This document shows, one piece after another, positions 19,315 to 28,572 of a stretch of 64,000 nt of DNA. The position numbers and the translations under genes are program-made. Origin of the DNA: Acidobacteriota bacterium (GTDB taxonomy: Bacteria > Acidobacteriota > Vicinamibacteria > Vicinamibacterales > CAVVIG01); the NCBI GenBank assembly GCA_040007095.1, contig JBDTVS010000058.1, forward strand, positions 15,719-79,718, read 5' to 3'. The notes under the pieces were generated by a model. The model was not told where the DNA came from. It was given only the letters and a program-made list of their open reading frames with translations, and ran no database searches. Position 1 is the stretch's first letter, and the number at the start of each line of letters is the position of its first letter.

Positions 19315-19683
19315 TCACTGATGGCGAGACGAGTCGGCCACGAGCATCGACAGGACGGTGCTGACGAAGCTCACGACCAGCGCGCCCCAGAAAGCGGCCC
19401 AGAAACCGCTGACGTGGAAGCCCAACCCGAGGCCTTCCGACAGCGAGCTGGTCAGCCACAGCATCAGGCCGTTGACGACCAGCGCGAAGATGCCGAGCGT
19501 GAGGATGATGAGCGGAAACGTCAACACCTTCGCGACGGGCCTGATGAAGGCATTGACCACGCCGAAGACGGCCGCCACCCCAAGAAACGGAAGCCAACCG
19601 CCGGCAAACGTGACACCTGGCACCACGTTCGTCGCGACCCACAGCGCCGCGGCGTTCACGAGCAATCGAACCACAAATGGCAT
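19315..19683 (-). CDS. Phage-holin-family / DUF360 (YvlD-like) small membrane protein
   Basis: 122 aa with four predicted TM helices. 'LLVNAAALWVA...VPG....GGW..FLGVAAVFGVVNAFIRP' matches the DUF360 pattern. Confidence 0.7.
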   Translation of the reverse strand: MPFVVRLLVNAAALWVATNVVPGVTFAGGWLPFLGVAAVFGVVNAFIRPVAKVLTFPLIILTLGIFALVVNGLMLWLTSSLSEGLGLGFHVSGFWAAFWGALVVSFVSTVLSMLVADSSRHQ

Positions 19684-19833
19684 GATGTGCGCCTTTCACC
19701 GGCACGACCCGCCGGCACCATCCGTCCGCCCCGCGAAGCCAGCTTACCCGTTGGAACGCATTGCAGAACTGAAATCCTGTGAACCACAAAGACACAAAGA
19801 ACAGGTCTCATTTCGCAATTTGCTCTTAGCTGG

Positions 19834-20739
19834 TTACGGCCGCGGACGATCGAGCGCGGTCCGATCCCAGCCGGCCAGCGTCGCCGCCACGTCGTAGCTG
19901 CTGCCGACAAACGTCAGGATGGCCTGCTCGGGCGAGGCGGCGGTCCTGACGGCATCGTACGGCAGGATGAACTCGCCGAGCTCGCGGTGATAGTACGCGC
20001 CCTGCGGCCCAACCGATGCCTCTTTGAAGCCCGGCGGCTCCGGAACGGCGTACGAATAGAACACCGGCTCGGGAAGCGGCCCGCCCCCCGGCCAGAATCC
20101 GTGGCTGATGACCTCGTGCGAATACGCCTCGCGCATGAACGCGGGGCCTTCGCGCGGCGGCGCCGGCTTGCCGGAGAAACGTGTCACCGCCAGATCGAAG
20201 GCGCCCCAGAAGAAATGGACCGGGCTGCTCTTCCCCACAAACGCGCACTGCGAGAGGGTGAACACGCGCGCGACCTGCGAGAAAATCCGCCAGCAGCGGT
20301 TCGCGTACACCGGATCGTATGCCGCGTGGGTCCTGTCCTGGTCGAATCGGATCGGCGAGGCGACCTCTACCGGCACCGGCCAGATCTTCACCGGCAGGCC
20401 CATCGCGGAGAGCGTCGACATCACCGCGGCGTAGAAATCGGCGACCGTCTGCGGCCGTAGCGCCAGCATCCGCGACTCGCCATCCGACGTCCGGATGACG
20501 AGCTGATGTGCGATGAAATCGAACTGGATGGTGAAGGAACGATGGCCGTGCGAAAGGGTCCGCGTGGACAACCCGGTGGGCGTGATTTGCAGCGCAATCG
20601 CCCAGGAATGATTGAGCGGCGGCGCCAGCGCGAGCGCCACCTTGCCGACCACCTGCGTCCACATGTGCACGGTCTCGCAGGTGTCCTGCCATGCCGCATA
20701 GGGCAGCGCCGGCCAGAGCTCTTCGGTCACACTCGTCAT
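19834..20739 (-). CDS. DUF5996 family protein
   Basis: 301 aa. The N-terminus 'WPALPYAAWQDTCETVHMWTQVVGKVALALAP' matches my memory of the DUF5996 signature. Confidence 0.7.
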   Translation of the reverse strand: MTSVTEELWPALPYAAWQDTCETVHMWTQVVGKVALALAPPLNHSWAIALQITPTGLSTRTLSHGHRSFTIQFDFIAHQLVIRTSDGESRMLALRPQTVADFYAAVMSTLSAMGLPVKIWPVPVEVASPIRFDQDRTHAAYDPVYANRCWRIFSQVARVFTLSQCAFVGKSSPVHFFWGAFDLAVTRFSGKPAPPREGPAFMREAYSHEVISHGFWPGGGPLPEPVFYSYAVPEPPGFKEASVGPQGAYYHRELGEFILPYDAVRTAASPEQAILTFVGSSYDVAATLAGWDRTALDRPRP

Positions 20740-20788
20740 TGGAATCGTCCTTTAGTCCTGCGCCCCGGTGTTTAGCCAGACGTTGGTC

Positions 20789-21025
20789 ATGCCTTTCGGA
20801 AATTCAAACGCGAGCATGACCGGAAAATGAGTCGCTCCGCGAACAGCTCGACGCCGCCGGAAACCGCTTCTCCGGGTCAGGTGTACAGAGGCGCAGCTCC
20901 GCGAGCTGCGCCGGACTCGGCCCTCCGTACGCGGTTTCCCGTCTGTCGCGCGAGGGCGCGGCGCTCGCAACGTTCGCTTCGCGACTCATTTTCCGGTCAT
21001 TTCCTCGTGGAGCGAATTTCCGAGA
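20789..21025 (+). repeat. F1 repeat family, full copy B
   Basis: atgcctttcggaaattc..catgaccggaaaatgagtcgc..[core]..gcgactcattttccggtcat..gaatttccgagag. The two arms are reverse complements, and the apex palindrome is ggcgcagctccgcgagctgcgcc. Confidence 0.75.
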
Positions 21026-21152
21026 GCGATAAATCGTTGGCGGGGCCTACGTTACCACGCCACTTTTCGAATCGAAACACGAGGGAACATGCCATGATCA
21101 CAGAAACGGGGCGTCCACATCGGCCCTTGTCTCGATTCACGACATGGTCTTC

Positions 21153-21252
21153 GTGAACTCAGAACTTTGAAGTAAGAATCCCCGAGCAATCTCGCGGTCG
21201 TTCTAAGTTCTGACTTTTGAATTTTCAGTTTGGCTGCGTTTTTCAGCAGCGG
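21153..21252 (+). repeat. F2 repeat family copy b
   Basis: gtgaactcagaacttt..gcaatctcgcggtcgttctaagttctgacttttgaattttcagtttggctgcgtttttcagcagcgg aligns with copies a and c. Confidence 0.65.
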
Positions 21253-21267
21253 TAAAGGATCTCCCCC

Positions 21268-21537
21268 ATGGAAAGTGCACCATGTCCTCATATCGCCTCG
21301 GTCGAAATCGTCAAACATCCCAAGAAACTGGAGTGCGTGGAGTGCGTCGCCATCGGCGCTGACTGGGTACATCTGCGCACCTGCCAGAGTTGCGGGGTGA
21401 CGCTCTGCTGTGATTCGTCGCCGAACCGCCACGCCAGCAAGCACGCGCGCAGCAGCAAGCATCCAGTGATCGCGTCCGCCCAGCCGGGCGAACGCTGGCT
21501 GTACTGCTACCCGGACGACCAGATGGCCGACTATTAG
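21268..21537 (+). CDS. UBP-type zinc-finger domain protein
   Basis: 89 aa. 'C.H......K...C.EC......WVHLR.C..CG...CCDSS.N.HA.KH...S.HPV' is the zf-UBP Cys/His pattern. Confidence 0.8.
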   Translation: MESAPCPHIASVEIVKHPKKLECVECVAIGADWVHLRTCQSCGVTLCCDSSPNRHASKHARSSKHPVIASAQPGERWLYCYPDDQMADY

Positions 21538-21807
21538 CGATTCTTCTAGTTCGTCGCGCGTTGGTCTTTCGTCGCCGCCCGACGGACTACCGACATCTCC
21601 CCCACCTTCGCATTATCAAGCTAAACGTTGTCACGCAAAGACTTACTCGTCATGAAGACTGGGCAGTGATGGCAGTCTCCCGACGGTATCCGCGTTGCTA
21701 TTACCTGGGTGGACCGCAACGGCCGGTCCTGCGCGCGGCGCTGCCGGTCGCGGTGCGAGGGGCGGCCTCGCCGCGTCGGCCATATATCCGGAGCCGTGGG
21801 AGAAGCC

Positions 21808-21981
21808 ATGAAGACTCTCGTCGTACGTCTCGCTCGTGAAACGGAAGGGCAGGATCTGATCGAGTACGCGTTCCTGACGGGCTTCCTCGCCCTGACGATG
21901 ATCGCGTCGTTCAATGCGATACAGGCCAACCTCGCCGAGGTATTCACCAGGGTCAGAGTCATACTGCTGGCTGGGTCTTAG
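21808..21981 (+). CDS. flp: Flp/Fap family type IVb pilin
   Basis: Start chosen at MKTLVVRLARETEGQDLIEYAFLTGFLALTMIASF, which contains the Flp motif G-(Q)-x-x-IEYA followed by a hydrophobic helix. 57 aa. Confidence 0.75.
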   Translation: MKTLVVRLARETEGQDLIEYAFLTGFLALTMIASFNAIQANLAEVFTRVRVILLAGS

Positions 21982-22340
21982 GAGCCCGATCTCCCCGGCT
22001 GTGTCGCGATCGGCGACTCGCTCGACGAAGTGCAGGCGTCGATTCGCGAACCGATTGACGACCCCGTGGCCGTTCTGCGAGACGAGGGGCGCCGTCCCGG
22101 AACCCGCAACGCGTGTGGAGTACGCCGACGTCGCCTGACGCGGTCAAGATTCGCGCCGCGGCCGATTCCGAGTCTGTTGGCGCCAGGCTGCTTTAGGCCT
22201 GCCAGAAAACAACTGCACGATTCTGCCTGACGACATCCCGGCTGGCGGCGTTGCGCTTGCCGCCAGGCTCGTTCCTGCCGCCTTGCCATCCGGGCGCCTC
22301 GACACCGAGAATAGCGCACCTGTTCCTGACAGACTCCAAG

Positions 22341-24518
22341 ATGACGTCAATGTTGACAACGGCCGGGTTGACCGTCGCGGTGTTGGTCCTGTCGGCCGCA
22401 TCCGCCGGCGCGCAGAGCGACAACGCGCAGGTTCGCGTCACGGTTCGCAGCGAGGGCGACGCGCTGGCGGGCGCGTCGGTCACCGCGAATGGCATGACCC
22501 TGGTCACCGATCGGCTCGGCGTCGTCACGCTGGTGGTTGCCGTCGGGACAATCGAGGGGAAGATCGAAGTACCGGTCGAGGTGACGGCCAGCAAGGACGG
22601 ATATCTTCCCGCCGCGCTCAGCCTCACGGTCACCACGGGCGAACAGCGCAGCGTCAGCCTCGAGCTTCAGCGGCTGCAGGAAGAGGTTATCGTGACGGCC
22701 GCGCGCTCGAGCACGCGGCTCGAGGATCAGCCGCTGCGCGTGGAAGTGATCGATCGCGAGGAAATCGAAGAGAAAGCCATGATGACGCCGGGTAACGTCG
22801 CGATGCTGGTCAGCGAGACCACCGGGCTGCGAATCCAGACGACTTCGCCGTCGCTCGGCGCCGCGAACGTCCGAATCCAGGGCCTCCGCGGCCGCTATTC
22901 GCAACTGCTCGCCGACGGCCTGCCCTTGTATGGGACGCAGGGGGACTCGTTCAGCCTGCTGCAGGTGCCGCCTCTCGATCTCGGCCAGGTCGAAGTGATC
23001 AAGGGCGTCGCGTCGGCGTTGTACGGCGCGTCCGCGCTCGGCGGCGTGATCAATCTCGTGTCGCGTCGTCCTCGCGAGACGGAGCACCAGCTCCTCGTCA
23101 ACACGACCTCGCAAACGGGTCGAGACATCGCGGGGTGGTACGCGCATGCGCCCGTCGGCGCGTGGGCGTGGTCGCTGCTTGGCAGCTACAACGGACAAAC
23201 GCGGCGCGACCTGGACCACGACGGCTGGTCGGACCTGCCGACCTTCAATCGCGCCGTCATCCGGCCGCGGGTGTTCTACGACAATCAGCGCGGGAGCACG
23301 GTCTTCGCCACCCTCGGCGTCATCACGGAAGACCGCGCGGGTGGGACGCAGTCGTTGAGCGTCGCGCCGGACGGGCGGCCATTTCCAGAGGAACTGGCGA
23401 CCCGCCACCTCGATGGTGGCGTTTCGGGCCGCTGGCTGCTGGGCGATCGCGTGTTGTCGATACGCGGCTCGGCGCTGCAGCAACGCCAGGAACGGCAATG
23501 GGGAGAGACCTCGGAACATGGGACGCGATCGGTCTGGTTCTCCGAGGGTTCGCTGCAGGGCACGTCGGGGCGCCACACCTGGGTCGTCGGCGCCGCGTTC
23601 CAACAGGATCGCTTGGTCCTCGACCAGCTCCCCCAGTTCGATTACCGCTTTTCGACGCCTGCCGTCTTTGCGCAGGACGAAGTGTCGTTTGGTCGAAAGT
23701 GGACGGTCGGGCTGAGCGCACGAGCGGACGTGCACTCGGAATACGGCACGCTGGCCACCCCGCGCGTCTCGTTTCTGGCGCGGCCCTGGTCCGGATGGAC
23801 GATTCGAGTGGCAGCCGGCACCGGCGCCTTTGCGCCCACGCCGTTCACTGAAGAGACCGAAGAGACCGGCCTGTCGCGTGTCTTGCCGCTGCGCGGCGTA
23901 CGAGCCGAGCACGCGCGAGGAACGTCGATCGACCTCACGCGAGTGCTGGGACCGTGGGAAGTGACGGCCACCGTGTTCGGCTCGGTCGTGGACGACCCGC
24001 TGCAACGGCGTATCGCCGACGCGAATCATGTGGCGCTGGTGAACGTGGATGGGCAGACCCGCACTGCAGGGACGGAACTGCTGGTTCGATACCGGGCCGG
24101 TGAATTCAACGCGCTGTTCACGCACGGATGGACGCGCTCGAACGAAATCGATCCGGACGATGGCCGTCGTCGCGACGTGCCGCTGACACCGAGTCACACC
24201 ATGTCCTTCTCGCTGATCTGGGAGGCGGAAGGTCGAGGACGGTTGGGTTTTGAAGCCTATTACACGGGCCGCCAATCGCTCGAGGAGAACCCGTACCGGG
24301 CCACGGGGTCGCCGTACGCGCTGATTGGAGCACTGGGGGAACGCAGGGTCGGACCGGCGAGTCTGTTCATCAACTGCGAAAATCTGCTGGACGTACGGCA
24401 GACGAAGTTCGATCCGCTCGTCTTGCCGGCGCCGCGTCCCGATGGCCGTTGGACCGTGGACGCGTGGGCGCCGCTCGACGGCCGGGTCATCAATGGCGGG
24501 ATTCGTCTGTTCTTCTGA
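22341..24518 (+). CDS. TonB-dependent receptor with an N-terminal CarboxypepD_reg-like domain
   Basis: Start chosen at MTSMLTTAGLTVAVLVLSAASAGAQ (signal peptide). Plug segment 'VIVTAARSSTRLEDQPLRVEVI..' and 'IQGLRGRYSQLLADGLPLYG'. The beta-barrel ends in ..GIRLFF. Confidence 0.85.
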   Translation: MTSMLTTAGLTVAVLVLSAASAGAQSDNAQVRVTVRSEGDALAGASVTANGMTLVTDRLGVVTLVVAVGTIEGKIEVPVEVTASKDGYLPAALSLTVTTGEQRSVSLELQRLQEEVIVTAARSSTRLEDQPLRVEVIDREEIEEKAMMTPGNVAMLVSETTGLRIQTTSPSLGAANVRIQGLRGRYSQLLADGLPLYGTQGDSFSLLQVPPLDLGQVEVIKGVASALYGASALGGVINLVSRRPRETEHQLLVNTTSQTGRDIAGWYAHAPVGAWAWSLLGSYNGQTRRDLDHDGWSDLPTFNRAVIRPRVFYDNQRGSTVFATLGVITEDRAGGTQSLSVAPDGRPFPEELATRHLDGGVSGRWLLGDRVLSIRGSALQQRQERQWGETSEHGTRSVWFSEGSLQGTSGRHTWVVGAAFQQDRLVLDQLPQFDYRFSTPAVFAQDEVSFGRKWTVGLSARADVHSEYGTLATPRVSFLARPWSGWTIRVAAGTGAFAPTPFTEETEETGLSRVLPLRGVRAEHARGTSIDLTRVLGPWEVTATVFGSVVDDPLQRRIADANHVALVNVDGQTRTAGTELLVRYRAGEFNALFTHGWTRSNEIDPDDGRRRDVPLTPSHTMSFSLIWEAEGRGRLGFEAYYTGRQSLEENPYRATGSPYALIGALGERRVGPASLFINCENLLDVRQTKFDPLVLPAPRPDGRWTVDAWAPLDGRVINGGIRLFF

Positions 24519-24699
24519 TCGAGCGGGATTGGAGACAACGCTGCGCCGCGCAGCAGGGCGATCCGGTATCAGCGGAAGCCCACAATGCACGCGCGCGCGC
24601 GTTGCACTTGTGGCGTACATGAGCCCAGGGCCACGGGCCGGGAGATCGCAGTTGTCCGTACACCACCCGTACGCTACACTCGTGGTCGAGGAGGCTGCC

Positions 24700-24981
24700 G
24701 TGCCGACATCTTCGACCACTCGCGACGACCGGATTGAGCTGCGTGCGTCCCGCGAGGAGAAGCGCATCCTCGCGGCAGCCGCCGCGTACCAACGCCTCGA
24801 TCTCACCACCTTCGTCATGCGGACGGCCCTGCCGGTCGCCGAGGAGGTCGTGGCGCGGCACGAACGCATCCGGCTGAGCGCCCGCGACAGCGGCCGCGTG
24901 CTGGATCTGCTGGAGCATCCGCCGAAACCGACGGCGGCGCTGCGTGCCGCCGCCAAGCGGCTGCGACGGCACCGCGCATGA
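24700..24981 (+). CDS. DUF1778 (TacA-like) antitoxin
   Basis: GTG start preceded by a gaggagg Shine-Dalgarno sequence. 'RIELRASREEKRILAAAAAYQRLDLTTFVMRTALPVAEEVV' is the DUF1778 pattern. Overlaps the GNAT toxin gene by 4 nt. Confidence 0.8.
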   Translation: MPTSSTTRDDRIELRASREEKRILAAAAAYQRLDLTTFVMRTALPVAEEVVARHERIRLSARDSGRVLDLLEHPPKPTAALRAAAKRLRRHRA

Positions 24982-25502
24982 CCCGCCCCGGCGTGATCTG
25001 GCGCGAAGAAGCTCTCGCGCGCCGGCACGATCGCGCCGGGTTCGACTGCGGGGTGCCCGCGCTCAACGAATACCTCCAGCGGTATGCTCGGCAAAATCAC
25101 GAAAGCGGCGGGGCCAAGACGTTTGTCGCCGTCTTGCCCAACTCGTCTGACGCAATCCTTGGCTATTACACGATCAGCCCAGGCGCCATCGACTTTGCCA
25201 AAGTTCCTGAGGCGCTGAAGAAGGGTTTGGGTCGCTACGAGGTGCCCCTGTTTCGGCTTGGTCGGCTCGCCGTGTCCGTCACGATGCAAGGCAAGGGACT
25301 CGGCGGAGAACTGCTCATCGCCGCCGGCGAACGTGTGCTCGCCGTAGCCGAGGAGGTGGGCGGCGTTGCCTTGGCCGTTGACGCCAAGGACGAGCGTGCG
25401 GCCCAATGGTACCAACGATTCGGTGCGTTACGGCTGCTCGACGATCCGCTGAAGCTCATCCTGCCCCTGGCGACAATCGCCGCCGTTCTCAAGGGCAAGT
25501 GA
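24978..25502 (+). CDS. GNAT-family acetyltransferase toxin (TacT-like)
   Basis: 174 aa. '..HDRAGFDCGVPALNEYLQRYARQN......FV........ILGYYTIS......LGRLAV....QGKGLGGELL' is typical of TacT-type toxins. Confidence 0.85.
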   Translation: MTRPGVIWREEALARRHDRAGFDCGVPALNEYLQRYARQNHESGGAKTFVAVLPNSSDAILGYYTISPGAIDFAKVPEALKKGLGRYEVPLFRLGRLAVSVTMQGKGLGGELLIAAGERVLAVAEEVGGVALAVDAKDERAAQWYQRFGALRLLDDPLKLILPLATIAAVLKGK

Positions 25503-25560
25503 CCTGCGAGGCCATTCTGCGACCTGCGCGGCTCGGTCGGCGGTCCTGGCGCTGGCGTTC

Positions 25561-26787
25561 ATGGCCCTGTTCGGTTCGATCGCGCGCGCTGATGTTCGTC
25601 ACGTCGACCCGTTGTTCATCGGCGGGACGACCGCGATTCGGGAAGAGTGTCAGCGTCTCACGGTCACGCGGCCTTCGCGGGGGTTCCTTCGTCGGGGATC
25701 GCCCCAACCGTCGCCGGCGACACTCGCTGCCTGCCTGGAACTTGTTCGATCGGCGCTGATGCAGACGGCGCCAGTCGTGCCGGAGACGGCGGGTCCGAAT
25801 CATGCCGCGTCATCCGACCTCAAATTGCGTCAACTGTTGGGCACCTACCGCGCCGTCGAGCAACTCGAACCGTGGGTAGTGTGGAGCGTAGGGTGGAGCG
25901 TAGGGTGGAGCGACAAATCGCAACCAGCCTCAGCCTTGACGCTGGAGCTTGCCTCGTTGAAAGCCGCCGCGCTGGCTGCGCTGGCCGCGGATCGGGTGGT
26001 CGGTCCAAGGTACGATGTCGTGATCGAGGGCGGCGTCGTGGACGCCGAGGGCGGTGGAGACCTCGGGCCGTCCGTCAACGCCCCGCGCCTTGGGACGACA
26101 TCAGCATTCGTTCGTCTCGAGGTCGAGACGGCGCACCTCGATATTGGCGCAGGTTGGGACGCGGGCCTGGGATTTCAAGTCGGGTGGCAGCCGATGCTGA
26201 CCATGACCACGTCAGCAAGTCGTCCCGTGCTTCCCGCCTACAGGGATGGCTTCACCACGTCGCAATCGTTTCGATTCGCGAAGTCCTCCTCCACAACCGA
26301 GACCGCCATCGTCGGGCGAGTTGGCGCAACCCGCCTCAGCCTGGCGCCGGTGCTCGATCGGAACAGCAGCCCGAATCAACTATTCGCGATTGCCGACAAC
26401 GGCATCGCCGAGTGGGCGCTCGTCTTCGACGCGGGCGTCGACTTCAGGTGGTACGACCGCGACGTGTGGCTCGAGCACCTGGCCGCCCAGACGCTCGAAC
26501 CGCTGGTCGATGTCCACGTCGGACTTCGACACGATCAGCGTTTCCACCGCGCCGGCGATCTGTCCGAGTTCGACGATCCCACGGGACGCCTGGTCTTCGG
26601 CTTCATGGTGAATCCGATTCGCATCACCGACCGGGGCGCAGGCGGCATCGGCAATACCCGGCTGACCTTCGGAGGCGGATTCGAATTCGAGGGCGCGCTG
26701 CGCGGACCCACCCGGCTGCCGTCCGGGTTCCGGATCGTGCTGGCAGGCCGGCTCGATCTCCCGAGAGCGTGGACCGCGGGGAAATGA
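25561..26787 (+). CDS. Hypothetical protein, possibly an exported beta-rich protein; start uncertain
   Basis: 408-aa ORF with balanced composition, unlike the Arg-rich alternative frame. An in-frame signal-like stretch (RSAVLALAFMALFGSIARA) straddles the first ATG. Contains a WSVG tandem repeat. Confidence 0.5.
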   Translation: MALFGSIARADVRHVDPLFIGGTTAIREECQRLTVTRPSRGFLRRGSPQPSPATLAACLELVRSALMQTAPVVPETAGPNHAASSDLKLRQLLGTYRAVEQLEPWVVWSVGWSVGWSDKSQPASALTLELASLKAAALAALAADRVVGPRYDVVIEGGVVDAEGGGDLGPSVNAPRLGTTSAFVRLEVETAHLDIGAGWDAGLGFQVGWQPMLTMTTSASRPVLPAYRDGFTTSQSFRFAKSSSTTETAIVGRVGATRLSLAPVLDRNSSPNQLFAIADNGIAEWALVFDAGVDFRWYDRDVWLEHLAAQTLEPLVDVHVGLRHDQRFHRAGDLSEFDDPTGRLVFGFMVNPIRITDRGAGGIGNTRLTFGGGFEFEGALRGPTRLPSGFRIVLAGRLDLPRAWTAGK

Positions 26788-27134
26788 GCCTCGACCCATT
26801 GTTGAAGCGCCAGCGGCCTGTCCGCCTGATTTTGTGAGGAAAAATACGTCGCGACTTTTGTGGCCTTCGTGCCCCTTGTGGTTCGGACCCAACCCGCTAC
26901 AGCGTTGTCGAAATTGCTCTACGTTATCGGTCGTTGGTCGGTCCAAGCTCGACTCGCCACAGCCGGAAATCACCGCGTTCAGAAACAGCAGAGAGCAGAC
27001 AACTGCCGAGATTGAGAGCGCGATCCACAAACCGTCGCGTCCGTTCATCGTTGAGCCGCTCAGGCGTGCCGATTCGCCGGCTCTCGTTCAGAAACGCGCG
27101 CCGTGCTTGTCATGTTCTGCTAGAGTCCGGTTGA

Positions 27135-28202
27135 ATGTCTGGGTTGTCACTGCGCGATGCTCACAGCCATCGTCACGGCTGGGTCAACTTCGGACTGGCT
27201 ATCGCGCTTGTTCTTTGCGCGTCCCCTGCCCTGCCGCAGACTGCGAATCCCTCCCAGCAATCCCTGGGCACCATCAACGGCTCGATCGTCGACGACTCGG
27301 GCGCCGCCATAAACGGGGCGACAATCACGTTGTCGCAGGACGATGTCGCGCCGGCGCGCGAGGTTCGTTCGCAACCGGACGGCCAGTTCTCGGTGCCGAA
27401 TATTTCGTCCGGGCCATTCCGCCTTACCGTGTCGGCGCCGGGCTTTGCCGATCGCACCGTGGCGGGCACCCTCAGTGCCGGCGAAGTCTCGAACCTCCCG
27501 CCCATTCGATTGACCCTCGCTCTCGGGACCGTCGTCGTGGACGTGGCGCCGACGAGATTCGAATTGGCGGAACAACAGATCAAAGAGCAGGAACAGCAGC
27601 GGCTCCTGGGCGTCTTTCCGAATTTCTTCGTCACCTACGATCCCAACGCCGTCCCACTGACGGCCGGGCAGAAGTTCGAACTGTCCTGGAAGTCCCATGT
27701 CGATCCGGTCAGGTTCGGCGTGGTCGCCATCGTCGCGGGCGTCCAGCAGGCGCGCAACGATTTCAGCGGGTTTGGCGAGGGGGTTGAAGGCTACGCCAAG
27801 CGCTACGCCGCCGCCTACGGGAATATCATGACGCAAAGCCTGATCGTTCAGGTGCTGATGCCCTCCCTGTTCAAGCAGGATCCTCGGTATTTCTACAAAG
27901 GCACCGGCAGCACGAAAGCGCGGATCGCGTACGCCATCTCGCGCGCCGTGATCAAAAAGGGCGACAACGGCCACTGGCAACCGAACTACTCGGGAATACT
28001 CGGGAGCCTCGCCGCGGGCGCGATTTCAAATTTCTACTATCCCTCGGAGGATCGCCGGGGAGCGCGACTGACGCTGGAAAATGCCGCGATCGGCATCGGC
28101 GGCGCCGCGGCGGGCCACCTCGCTCAGGAATTTCTGTTCGCGAGGCTGACAACCCACGCGCGCAAATCGAAGGGTGGAGCCACGAAGTCGCCCACGCCTT
28201 GA
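27135..28202 (+). CDS. CarboxypepD_reg-like domain protein with a C-terminal membrane-associated region
   Basis: 355 aa. Signal peptide, then 'GSIVDDSGAAINGATITL......DGQFSVPNISSGPFRLTVSAPGFA' (Ig-like regulatory domain), then a conserved hydrophobic C-terminal half. Confidence 0.7.
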   Translation: MSGLSLRDAHSHRHGWVNFGLAIALVLCASPALPQTANPSQQSLGTINGSIVDDSGAAINGATITLSQDDVAPAREVRSQPDGQFSVPNISSGPFRLTVSAPGFADRTVAGTLSAGEVSNLPPIRLTLALGTVVVDVAPTRFELAEQQIKEQEQQRLLGVFPNFFVTYDPNAVPLTAGQKFELSWKSHVDPVRFGVVAIVAGVQQARNDFSGFGEGVEGYAKRYAAAYGNIMTQSLIVQVLMPSLFKQDPRYFYKGTGSTKARIAYAISRAVIKKGDNGHWQPNYSGILGSLAAGAISNFYYPSEDRRGARLTLENAAIGIGGAAAGHLAQEFLFARLTTHARKSKGGATKSPTP

Positions 28203-28303
28203 GATAACGACAGGCTCAGGTGCGCGAGTTGTGCCAATCAATTCCCGGAACGATCGAGACGACGATAAGATGGCGAGGTGGCGTGAATTCCGATGATTGA
28301 ACC

Positions 28304-28564
28304 ATGCCGATCATTTCCGTGTTCTTCGGTATCGTCGTCCGGATGCATTACAAAGAGCACGAGCCTGGGCACTTTCATGCCGAGTATCAGGGTCAGCAGG
28401 CCAAGTTCGATTTCTCGGGAGCATTGACGATCGGCCACATTCGGTCTGCGACCGCGCTACGATTGATCCGAGAATGGGCACTCGTGCATCGAGCAGAGCT
28501 CGAGGCAAACTGGGAGCAGATGAAAGCCGGCCGGCCGCTGAATCGCATCGCACCGTTGGAGTGA
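28304..28564 (+). CDS. DUF4160 domain protein
   Basis: 86 aa. 'MPIISVFFGIVVRMHYKEHEPGHFHAEYQGQQA' is the DUF4160 signature. Confidence 0.8.
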   Translation: MPIISVFFGIVVRMHYKEHEPGHFHAEYQGQQAKFDFSGALTIGHIRSATALRLIREWALVHRAELEANWEQMKAGRPLNRIAPLE

Positions 28565-28572
28565 GGCCGCAC

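Noticed and set aside
19315-19683. Prophage inferred from a 'phage holin family' gene.
   Set aside because: It is a single DUF360-type membrane protein with no endolysin, capsid, terminase or integrase genes nearby. This family is widespread in chromosomal, non-phage contexts.
20827-21156. ORFs running through the F1/F2 repeats, such as 109 aa at 20827-21156 and similar ones at 18800-19160 and 43041-43270.
   Set aside because: Their similarity to each other comes from the DNA repeat being read in several frames on both strands. Composition is Arg/Ala/Pro-rich, and the palindromic structure explains the conservation better than coding does.
22347-25415. Very long antisense or out-of-frame ORFs. 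Examples: 1022 aa at 22347-25415 (-), 586 aa at 40254-42014 (-), 577 aa at 16928-18661 (+), 512 aa at 12833-14371 (+), 558 aa at 3094-4770 (+), 481 aa at 2145-3590 (+).
   Set aside because: They are extremely Arg/Pro/Gly/Ala-rich with no recognisable motifs, and each lies opposite or out of frame to a gene with clear family signatures. These are typical stop-codon-poor shadow ORFs of a high-GC genome.
26380-27048. Minus-strand ORF starting with a lipoprotein-like signal (MNGRDGLWIALSISAVVCSLLFLNAVISGCGES..).
   Set aside because: The first ~70 codons look plausible. However, the frame has no stop until it has overlapped about 400 bp of the convergent 408-aa gene, where its composition becomes shadow-like. 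It may be a decayed small lipoprotein gene, but I cannot define a supported end.
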